A stretch of DNA of 64,000 bases from Verrucomicrobiaceae bacterium (GTDB taxonomy: Bacteria > Verrucomicrobiota > Verrucomicrobiia > Verrucomicrobiales > V1-33), in assembly GCA_027483175.1 (NCBI GenBank), contig JAIXVE010000265.1, positions 6,530 to 70,529 on the forward strand, given 5' to 3'. How positions within the stretch are numbered: position 1 is the first letter of the stretch; each line of letters starts with the position of its first letter. The notes under the pieces are model-generated. The model did no database searches. It saw only the letters and a list, made by a program, of their open reading frames with translations, and was not told the origin of the DNA. Of this stretch, positions 54,701 through 60,462 are shown piece by piece. Made by a program: the position numbers and the translations under genes.

Positions 54701-55529
54701 TCCTGACAATGGGGGTGTGCCGGGTGTGTGGACGACGGTGGGGACGCAGACGGTGGCGATGAATGCGGCGGCGTTTGCGGGAATTGCGGCGTCGAGCGGG
54801 AGCACTGGCGGCGGGTCGCTGGCGGCGGTGGTGGTGGACAATGTGAGGATACTGAATCACGGGCCGGTGGCGAATCTGGGGCCGGCGGTGGATGCGGGGG
54901 CGGCGCTGAGTGGTGGCGGGCCGTGGATGCTGGATGCGACGGTGGTGGATGACGGGCAGCCGGCTCCGTCGGTGCTGACGATGCATTGGCAGTCGGTGAG
55001 CGGGCCGGGGGTTCCGGTGTTTGCGAATGGGACGTCGACGGATACGGCGGTGACGTTTCCGGTGAGTGGTCGTTATGGATTGCGGCTGACGGCGAGTGAC
55101 GGGCAGGTGATGACGTTTGACGATGCGGTGGCGGACGTGGCGCTGCCGACGCCGTATGACAGCTGGCGGTTGGCGCAGTTTGGGGCGGAGTCGGGCAATC
55201 CGGTGGTGGCGGGTGAGCTAGCGGATCCGGATAGGGATGGCGTGGCGAACCTGCTGGAGTATGCGTTTGCGACCGATCCGCGGCGTGCTGGAGGAGCTGC
55301 GATGACGGCTGCAGATGTGGACGAAGGCTTGCTGGCGGTTGATTACCGGATCAATCTGGATGCGACTGACGTGGTGGCTGCGGTGCAGTGGAGTGCGGAT
55401 CTTGGCACGTGGAGCGACGCCCCGGCGACGGTGACGGTGCTAGGGGAATCGGGCCGGGTGCGGACGGTGCGCGCGACCGTGCCGGCCGATGGAGTGCGGC
55501 GGTTCCTGAGGGTGAAGGTGAGTCGCTGA
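48786..55529 (+). CDS. Giant secreted 2247 aa protein: metzincin-type zinc protease, PKD, CarboxypepD_reg-like domain, 8 Calx-beta repeats, Ig/PKD-like domain, ConA-like domain, PKD-like domain, TSP3-like motif and C-terminal tail
   Basis: The N-terminus is MKKKWLFVSGVLLLTGLCS. Motifs are HECGHSLGRNH (HExxHxxGxxH), SDPDGDTLAYHWDFNDG, and the repeated ...G.A..G.DY......V.(I/F)PAG......V.V...D...E..E... units. It is a single ORF. Confidence 0.9.
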   Translation: MKKKWLFVSGVLLLTGLCSRGPMVSLMRRVAAGDGGKVVVAGETGVEGRAEAVAEKAAGGAADFGVRGKAERGEVDFGALHAFREWEGRYVGAGVEERAGMVGEGVRLAAARRPAMERLIVTNPRLALEVAVRAVVRQDLPEEVKELLEKSVSGRGDYKAYFGRPVEGAVVPAGTELTLRYFETPEGDSYRAHVFGEMEEAVSRRGVAMRGVAIGREMAVAESPVRQMEAGERIAAGTPVDETCPVSGTVTPTTTEETLVVEPEVPLVEVAGRVIRLCNGTHVTVFEEAQRWASGGPGGAGYFYDNYPGTSSEAIGNFRCLYIRVTYPDQMRAPNTEARAWSDMQNVSRFYLESSYGKLTTTSVVTPLIVMPHSKAWYIAKDSEVDGLGLVHSDARAMARRMGYDSSQFNCTIVRVNEGPRLSGISWGGGDSVWVSWDGMDVLNHECGHSLGRNHANFWKTSDGSAIGVGENQEYGNSYDVMGGGGGFGAHYNSYSKRSLGWLQDPYVHRPGTTAAYNGVYRIHAYDQPRIEEGKRYSLRLDKDVQRRFYLEYHPAIGGSWPDQLLLMMSGLGSNAGHLVDTTPGSAGGKGDGGIQVGRTFSDFESDLHFTVLGKAGTVPEALDVAVMRGPFPGNRAPVVTLNATATQVAVNGSATFTASASDPDGDTLAYHWDFNDGYAAPNSASVTRVFPTTDQQTVSLTVSDLKGGTVRAHTVITIGSPGRAVARGTITIGGRPLAGVRVTSDTDKYCFTDSNGGYALADLQSGTRTLSAMLTGYTFTAGFTNPASVPTAGLTGLNWTATSVPEVVMTAVDAAEGGANGSFVLTRSGDVTAAMDVTVAPAGGSAVKTTDYSFAPDYAASGTMNTFTIPAGQASLTVTVAAVNDTAQEGPETVTLQLGAGAGYQVRSSGVAMLTIADNDTTRPVVSLAATDVYAGEGSGDAGAFTVSRTGATGSPLTVALAFSGTATNGVDCGMVPGTVTIPAGQSSVVVPLVVTDDSVMEAPEDAILTVSANAAYVVSPVAASGTVTITDNDLPVVSVTAIDDVLNEAGRGTGVVLVTRRGSLSGTLKVYYGVGGRALHGTDYVALPGEVTFPVGVDTVPVVLTPYDDGHGEGDEGIAFALTVFDNAYTLGANFSAALTIKDNADAPLVGVTANSAGEPSTNGTFTVTAVGTAPGNITVRYTISGTATAGQDFTMPSGTVTVAGTSTDVKGNAATVTIPVLNDALPENTETVILTITPDPAYRVYLDGQAVMRLKDDEAEPVAVSTHSSGLAEPADGSSFYISRAGTTGALAVGYTMSGTAVNGTDYQLLTGSAVIPDGASGVDVTVTPLDDALREGTETVVMRLAGGAGYGVEVAEATLLLEDNDLASTLPSMGFVSATGTTGELPDAVMGEYRDIEVTLPSAMSGTVTVDYVMRGGTATGDDVDWRFADAAAGNAMIPGGTLTFPPGVTSRKLRVRIVNDGVVEGNETAIIDLVNLNAGGSGVRLSGTRYRHTLTINDNTAANPVPRVSFLMSATTRQEADGGEPLLMAALDAPAGGTVTVQFTVSGTATRGSDFNLNPGTLTFAPGEMFKKLPMVILADGVSELAETAVVTLVNPTGAQLGTIPTHTVTITDASAAAVSVAAVVGTVEEDSSGSGVFAVTRSGGVLNLPLTVSVAVSGTAVAGEDYAGLPASVTIPAGQTTATLSVAPVRDTVEEADETVVVTVVDAADYDLGSVAEAVVTILDDDAPPVVTLVWPSTATAAIPAGVGMIAEVEATRELPSGTVHPAVVWSQVSGPGSAVIETPGLRRTAVSFPVNGVYVLRASATHGTTTSADLTVQVAPAPVVPNFSVARFGNAPATTGFTAGGVAGSYNVTAGGASIASTGTADQFVFVQQAMTGDATLVARVVSMGTGGSSTSDNRAGLMIRESVSDGGSRHAFIGITKTPATRFISRAATGAASTNTTGTGAFPCWVRLVRSGNVFTGETAPDNGGVPGVWTTVGTQTVAMNAAAFAGIAASSGSTGGGSLAAVVVDNVRILNHGPVANLGPAVDAGAALSGGGPWMLDATVVDDGQPAPSVLTMHWQSVSGPGVPVFANGTSTDTAVTFPVSGRYGLRLTASDGQVMTFDDAVADVALPTPYDSWRLAQFGAESGNPVVAGELADPDRDGVANLLEYAFATDPRRAGGAAMTAADVDEGLLAVDYRINLDATDVVAAVQWSADLGTWSDAPATVTVLGESGRVRTVRATVPADGVRRFLRVKVSR
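50118..50150 (+). other. Metzincin zinc-binding signature HExxHxxGxxH
   Basis: Codons 445-455 read H-E-C-G-H-S-L-G-R-N-H. Confidence 0.75.
51205..53985 (+). repeat. Eight tandem Calx-beta-like repeats (roughly 105-125 aa each)
   Basis: Each unit contains a (T/S)G(T/S)A..G.D(Y/F) segment, a (I/F)P.G segment, a ...D...E..E... segment, and ends in ...(I/L).D(N/D)(D/E). Confidence 0.75.
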
Positions 55530-55550
55530 CGCGAGCGGGCGGGTGAGCGG

Positions 55551-58148
55551 TCAGCGGGTGAATTCGACGAACATGAAGTCGGCGATGGTGCCTTTGGGTG
55601 CTTTGAGGGCGATGATAACGTCGGCGGGAGCGCCGTGGGCGTTGGCGTTAGGCATGGGGAGGTTCCAGACCGAGGCTTTGCCGGTGGCGGGGCCTGCTTT
55701 GATGGTGGTGGAGACGAGGGGCGGCGAGTCCGGGGAGTCCTTGTGGATGGAGATGGTGGCGTCGCCGCCGTGGACCCAGCCGTGGAGTTGGATGGCGGAG
55801 AAGTCCTGATAGCGGAGGTGGCGGAAGCGGATCCAGCCGTCGGGATCGAGGCGAGCGACCATGCCGCCCTGGTCGAGATTGTCCTGGGCGGAGGCGAGGT
55901 GGCCGTTGTCGAAGAAGCAGGCGCGCTGGCGGCGGGAGCGGAGCGTGATTTCTGCGGCGCCGAGTTGCGGGGCGAGGCCATTGGCACCGAGGTCGGTGGC
56001 GGCGACGTGGAGACGGAGGACACCGTTCTGGGCGGTGCCCCACTGGCGGGAAGGTTCGGCGAGTTTGAATTCGCCGGAGGCACCGCGGGCGGTGAGGGTT
56101 TCGCCCTGCTGGGCGAGCGAGAGGATCCAGTCGATCATGAGGGCGGCCTCGGCTGGGGAGTGCTGCGGGTGCGGGGGCATGGGGAGCTCGCCCCATGTGC
56201 CTTTGCCGCCGGAGATGATTCTGGTGGCGAGGGCGGGGCGGGCGGCTGGGTCGGCGGCGTAGCGGCGGGCGACCTCGGCGTAGGGCGGGCCGGCGGATTT
56301 GTCAGCGGTCTGGTGGCAACTGAAGCAGGTGGTGGCGCGCATGAGGGCGAGACCGGCCGGGACGGCGGCGGCGTCCGGGAAGCGGTCGCGGCGTTCTGCG
56401 GTGACGAGGAGTCGATCGGTGATGGAGTTGCCGTCTTCGGCGTCGGTGGCCTGGACGGCCCATGGGACGGGCTTGGTCCAGTCGAAGAAGCTGCCGTCTG
56501 GAGGGTTGGTGAATGAGACCGTGGGGGCGGCGTTCCCGGCGGCGATGGTGAGGGAGGATTTGGAGAGAGCGCCGGAGGGATCGCGGGCGGTCAGGGTGAG
56601 GGAGTAGATGCCGGGCTGGGGGAAGGAGAAGGAAGGAGAGGGACCGTCGGCATGGCCGGAGAGACCAGCGCCTTGCCAGTCCCATGAGAAAGTGAGGGCG
56701 TCCTTGTCCGGGTCCGAGCTTGAGGAGCTGACTGGATTGATGGTGAGTGGGCAGGGGCCGGAGGTGACTGGGGCGGAGACGACAGCGACGGGCGGGCGGT
56801 TGCCGGAGAGGTAGGCGATGCGGGTGATGGCGCTGTCTTTGTTGCCGGTCCAGCGGTCGCCCATTTCTGCGATGTAGAGTGCGCCGTCGGGGCCGGTGGT
56901 TAGGGCGGCGGGTTTGCGGAAGCGGAGGTTCGGGGTGAAGGGCGCGGCGGAGAGGAGTGAGCCGTTCTGGTTGAGTTGGGCGAGACAGAGCCAGTTGCGC
57001 ATCCATTCGGCGAAAATGAGTGAGCCGTCGAGTTCGGCGGGGAGGGCGTCGGGGGCGGGGTTGGCGGGGCGGCGGAAGATGATGCCGCCGGTGATGCTGC
57101 GGCCGCCGCTGCCGAGGAACGGCCAGTCGCGGGAAGGTTCCGAGCCGTACCAGAGGAGAGCGGGTCGGGAGGGCGGGAGGGCGATGGGAGTGGCTAGGGT
57201 TGGGCTGTCGTTGACGAGCTTGGCGGGATCCCAGAATGGGCCGGAGGGTTTGAGCGTTTTGCCGTCGAAGGGGCGCCATGGGAGGTTAGGGCCCGAGCAG
57301 AACGGCCAGCCGAAGAAGCCTGGTGCGGCGGTGAGATTGATTTCGTCGAAGCCTTCGGGGCCGAGATCGAGGTCGGTTTTGACATTACCGCCGACATCGC
57401 CCCATGTGATCCAGCCGGTTTTGGGGTCGCAGGAGAGACGGAAGGGATTGCGGACGCCGAAGGCGAAGACCTCGGGTCGACCGTCTTTGGGGTTGGTGAA
57501 GAGATTGCCGGAGGGGATGGAGAAGGAGCCGTCGGGTTCCGGGTGGATGCGGAGGATTTTGCCGCGGAGGTCGTGGGGGTTGGCGGCGGAGCGGCGGGAG
57601 TCGCGATTGCGTTCGGTGGGGTGGACGGCGGGGGTGTCCTGAGGCGGGCTGTTGTCGCCGGTGCCGATGAGGAGATTGCCGTGGCCGTCCCATGCGAGGC
57701 CGCCGCCGCAGTGGGAGGGATCGATGCCGGCTTCGAGCGGGATCGTTAGGAGGACGCGGGTGGAGTCGGGGACGAAGGAGAGGTCGGGGTTGAGTGAGCG
57801 GCGTTCGACTTTGAGGACGCGGGGGAGGGCATCGGGTGTGTAGAAGACGAAGATGTCGCGCTGGGCTGGCCATTGGCGGCCGGTGACGATGGCGAGGGCA
57901 CCGGCGTCGGCGGAGGCGAACGAGGGGATGGTGCCGGAGAGACCGGAGGAACCGTCTGGGCGGCGCCATTTGACAGCGCCGCGGCGTTCGATCCAGAAGA
58001 GCGTGCCGTCGCTGGCGAAGTCGAGCTGCATGGGGTCTTCGCAGCCTGAGACGACGGTGGATTTGACGAAGCGGTCGGGCTCGAGGGCGGGGGCTGGGAG
58101 GATGGAGGCGAGGGCGAGCGTGAGGGACGGGAGGAGGCGGGAGTTCAC
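55551..58148 (-). CDS. Exported PQQ-dependent sugar dehydrogenase (GSDH-type beta-propeller) fused to PKD domains, a class I cytochrome c and a C-terminal CBM-like domain
   Basis: The start is a GTG at 58148, and the signal peptide is MNSRLLPSLTLALASILPAPA. Motifs are ...LLIGTGDN..., ...LRGKILRI...DGS..IP..N..., FAFGVRNPFRLS, SSSDPDKDALTFSWDW, and CFSCHQ...GGKGTWGELPMPPHP. Confidence 0.8.
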   Translation of the reverse strand: MNSRLLPSLTLALASILPAPALEPDRFVKSTVVSGCEDPMQLDFASDGTLFWIERRGAVKWRRPDGSSGLSGTIPSFASADAGALAIVTGRQWPAQRDIFVFYTPDALPRVLKVERRSLNPDLSFVPDSTRVLLTIPLEAGIDPSHCGGGLAWDGHGNLLIGTGDNSPPQDTPAVHPTERNRDSRRSAANPHDLRGKILRIHPEPDGSFSIPSGNLFTNPKDGRPEVFAFGVRNPFRLSCDPKTGWITWGDVGGNVKTDLDLGPEGFDEINLTAAPGFFGWPFCSGPNLPWRPFDGKTLKPSGPFWDPAKLVNDSPTLATPIALPPSRPALLWYGSEPSRDWPFLGSGGRSITGGIIFRRPANPAPDALPAELDGSLIFAEWMRNWLCLAQLNQNGSLLSAAPFTPNLRFRKPAALTTGPDGALYIAEMGDRWTGNKDSAITRIAYLSGNRPPVAVVSAPVTSGPCPLTINPVSSSSSDPDKDALTFSWDWQGAGLSGHADGPSPSFSFPQPGIYSLTLTARDPSGALSKSSLTIAAGNAAPTVSFTNPPDGSFFDWTKPVPWAVQATDAEDGNSITDRLLVTAERRDRFPDAAAVPAGLALMRATTCFSCHQTADKSAGPPYAEVARRYAADPAARPALATRIISGGKGTWGELPMPPHPQHSPAEAALMIDWILSLAQQGETLTARGASGEFKLAEPSRQWGTAQNGVLRLHVAATDLGANGLAPQLGAAEITLRSRRQRACFFDNGHLASAQDNLDQGGMVARLDPDGWIRFRHLRYQDFSAIQLHGWVHGGDATISIHKDSPDSPPLVSTTIKAGPATGKASVWNLPMPNANAHGAPADVIIALKAPKGTIADFMFVEFTR

Positions 58149-58285
58149 GGCGGGAAGATGGTGGGGGGTGCGGGGAGATGGGCGAGAAAGGGGCGGGAGG
58201 CAACGGCGATGGGCAAGGACCTTGCGTGGAGGGGAGGATGGTGTCAGTGGGAGGGATGACCAACGATGGAGAAGGCACAGAAGGG

Positions 58286-59329
58286 ATGAGCGGGGCGCGC
58301 CCGCCGCGGAGACCGCGGTATGCGGGGAAGAACCCGCGTAAGTTTGCGGAGAAGTACAAAGAGCATCGGGGGGACGGGGAGACCTTGAGCAAAGTGGCGG
58401 CGGCTGGCAAGACGCCAGCGGGGACGCATCGGCCGATCATGGTGGATGAAGTGCTGCAGGTGCTGGAGTTGGAGGCTGGGGAAGTGGTGGCGGATGCGAC
58501 GCTTGGGTTTGGCGGGCATGCGTCGGCGATGCTAGGGAGGGGGGCGGTGGTGCATGCGTTTGACGTGGATCCGGTGGAGGGACCGCGGACGGTGGAGCGG
58601 ATGCGGGCGGCGGGGTATGGGGAGGACGTGCTGGTGTTTCACCCGGTGAATTTTGCGGGGATTGGACGCGAGCTGGCGGCGGCGGGGTATCCGGAGGGAG
58701 TGGATGCGGTGTTTGCGGACCTGGGGTTGTCGTCGATGCAGATTGACGATCCGGCGCGTGGGTTCACGTGGAAGGAGAACGGGCCATTGGACATGCGGTT
58801 GAATCCGCAGCGCGGGGTGTCGGCGGGGAAGCTGCTGGCGGGGATGAGTGAGGAGAAGTTAGTGCGGGTGCTGACGGAGAATGCGGATGAGCCGCTGGCG
58901 AGGGAGGTGGCGGCGGTGGTGGCGGGCCGGGAGTTTGCGGGAACGAAGGCGTTAGCGGAGGCGGTGCGTGCGGTGGTGGCACCGGTGTATCGATTGCGGG
59001 TGGGCGGGGATGAGGAAGTGCAGCGGACGATCCGGCGGGTGTTTCAGGCGTTGCGGATTGAGGTGAATGGGGAGTTCAGCGCGCTGGACGCGTTTTTGAG
59101 GGCGCTGCCTGGGTGTTTGCGTGTGGGTGGTCGGGCGGCGGTGCTGACGTTTCACAGTGGGGAGGACCGGAGGGTGAAACATGCGTTTGCGGCGCTGGCG
59201 GCTAGTGGCGGGTATTATATGGCGGACGACCAACCGTGGCGTGCGAGTGTGGCGGAGCAGCGTGCGAATTCGCGGAGTACGAGTGCGAAGCTACGGTGGA
59301 TTGAGCGGGTGGAAGTGGACGATGCTTGA
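58286..59329 (+). CDS. rsmH: 16S rRNA (cytosine1402-N4)-methyltransferase
   Basis: HRPIMVDEVL...DATLGFGGHA...FADLGLSSMQIDD..RGF...LRIEVN.E...LTFHSGEDR matches RsmH. I prefer the ATG at 58286 (GAAGG..AAGGG upstream) over the track start 58178. The start is uncertain. Confidence 0.88.
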   Translation: MSGARPPRRPRYAGKNPRKFAEKYKEHRGDGETLSKVAAAGKTPAGTHRPIMVDEVLQVLELEAGEVVADATLGFGGHASAMLGRGAVVHAFDVDPVEGPRTVERMRAAGYGEDVLVFHPVNFAGIGRELAAAGYPEGVDAVFADLGLSSMQIDDPARGFTWKENGPLDMRLNPQRGVSAGKLLAGMSEEKLVRVLTENADEPLAREVAAVVAGREFAGTKALAEAVRAVVAPVYRLRVGGDEEVQRTIRRVFQALRIEVNGEFSALDAFLRALPGCLRVGGRAAVLTFHSGEDRRVKHAFAALAASGGYYMADDQPWRASVAEQRANSRSTSAKLRWIERVEVDDA

Positions 59330-59361
59330 CGGTGGGGCGGTCCGCATCCACGGTTGGGGGC

Positions 59362-60366
59362 ATGAAAGCCGCGTTGCCGATCACGTTTTTGCTGGGTGCC
59401 GCCTGTGGGGCGGGAGTTTACAGTTTGTTTGACAAGCCTGCGCCTGAGAAGACGGGCGGAGTGGTCACGGCGGCGGTGAAGGCGGCGGAGGCACGGGCGG
59501 CGGTAAAGCCTGTGAAGGTGGGCGGGCCTGCCGCGGCGAATGGTGCGGTGGTGGTGGCGGGAGCGGAGGGAGCGGTTCCGCCTGAAATGGGCGAGTTCAA
59601 GGGGCCGGATCAGGCGGAGATGGACAAAATGATGAAGAAGGATGCCGAGCGGAAGGCGAATCGTGATGCGGACCGTCTGGCGCTGCGGTTGAAGCTGACG
59701 GGGCCACAGAAGGAAGCGCTGCGGGCGTTTCTGGTGGCGGATCGGGAATGGAAGATGGCGAAGATGCAGGAGACGATGAGCGGGAAGGCACCGGCATCAG
59801 CGGAGCAGCGGCAGACGCTGGAAGAGTTTCTGAAAGGGATGCTGGAGCCGGCGCAATTGGCGGAGCACGAGAAGGCGCAGGCGGAGGACAAGGCTGCAAA
59901 GGCGGAGGATTTTGCGCAGCGGAGGATTCGGGCGCTGGATCGGGAGTTAGGGTTGAATGCGGAGCAGAAGGACCGGGTGTTTCAGGCGCTGGCGAATGCA
60001 CGGCTGACGGAGCCGCAGAAGTCGGATCTGGCGGCGCATCTGGAAGCGGCGGGAGCGCCTGCTGAGGCGATTGCGGCAATGGCGACGATTGATGCTGACG
60101 GAGGCGTGTTCGGGGTGGAGATGGAGGACATGCCGTTTCTGGGGAATCTTGCTGGTGCGAAGGAGCGGGAGACTCTGGCGGGGATTCTGACTGAGGAGCA
60201 GATGGCGGTGTATGATCAGCGGCGGGAGGACGAGAAGGAGTCGAATCCGTTCTTTGGAATGGAAGGTGCGGCGTTCAGTGTGGGGCCTGTGGAGGGGGCG
60301 GCGGCCAGTGATGCGGTGGAGGGACCGGCGGCACCACCGGCGGAAGCACCGGCGGGCGGGAAGTGA
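59362..60366 (+). CDS. Membrane-anchored or exported LTXXQ-motif (Spy/CpxP-like) helical protein
   Basis: The ATG at 59362 gives MKAALPITFLLGAACGAGVY (the track start 59326 is a TTG inside the rsmH end). Repeats are LTGPQKEAL, SAEQRQTL, LNAEQKDRV, LTEPQKSDL and LTEEQMAV. The protein is Ala/Glu/Lys-rich. Confidence 0.55.
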   Translation: MKAALPITFLLGAACGAGVYSLFDKPAPEKTGGVVTAAVKAAEARAAVKPVKVGGPAAANGAVVVAGAEGAVPPEMGEFKGPDQAEMDKMMKKDAERKANRDADRLALRLKLTGPQKEALRAFLVADREWKMAKMQETMSGKAPASAEQRQTLEEFLKGMLEPAQLAEHEKAQAEDKAAKAEDFAQRRIRALDRELGLNAEQKDRVFQALANARLTEPQKSDLAAHLEAAGAPAEAIAAMATIDADGGVFGVEMEDMPFLGNLAGAKERETLAGILTEEQMAVYDQRREDEKESNPFFGMEGAAFSVGPVEGAAASDAVEGPAAPPAEAPAGGK

Positions 60367-60462
60367 TGAGGCAGAGTGGGTCGATGGGTCGGGTGGCGGC
60401 GGGTCGAAATGTCTTGGCAAGTGGGTGGTGGGAGGCATGTATGGGAGGATGGGAGACGAATC

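Noticed and set aside
50292-54986. Very long minus-strand ORFs (767 aa at 50292-52595 and 755 aa at 52719-54986) antisense to the 2247 aa gene
   Set aside because: Their translations are monotonous Arg/His/Pro/Gln strings (RHRxRR...) with no motifs. They are the expected stop-free shadow frames of a GC3-rich gene, and the plus-strand frame has clear domain content.
59326-60462. Extended starts given by the ORF track (TTG 59326, GTG 60376, GTG 2924, GTG 8800, plus long N-terminal extensions at 3018, 12815, 26138, 29212 and 30308)
   Set aside because: The extensions are Pro/Arg/Gly-rich and overlap upstream genes or repeat elements. They precede internal ATGs that give proper signal peptides or canonical family N-termini, so I used the internal starts and flagged the uncertainty.
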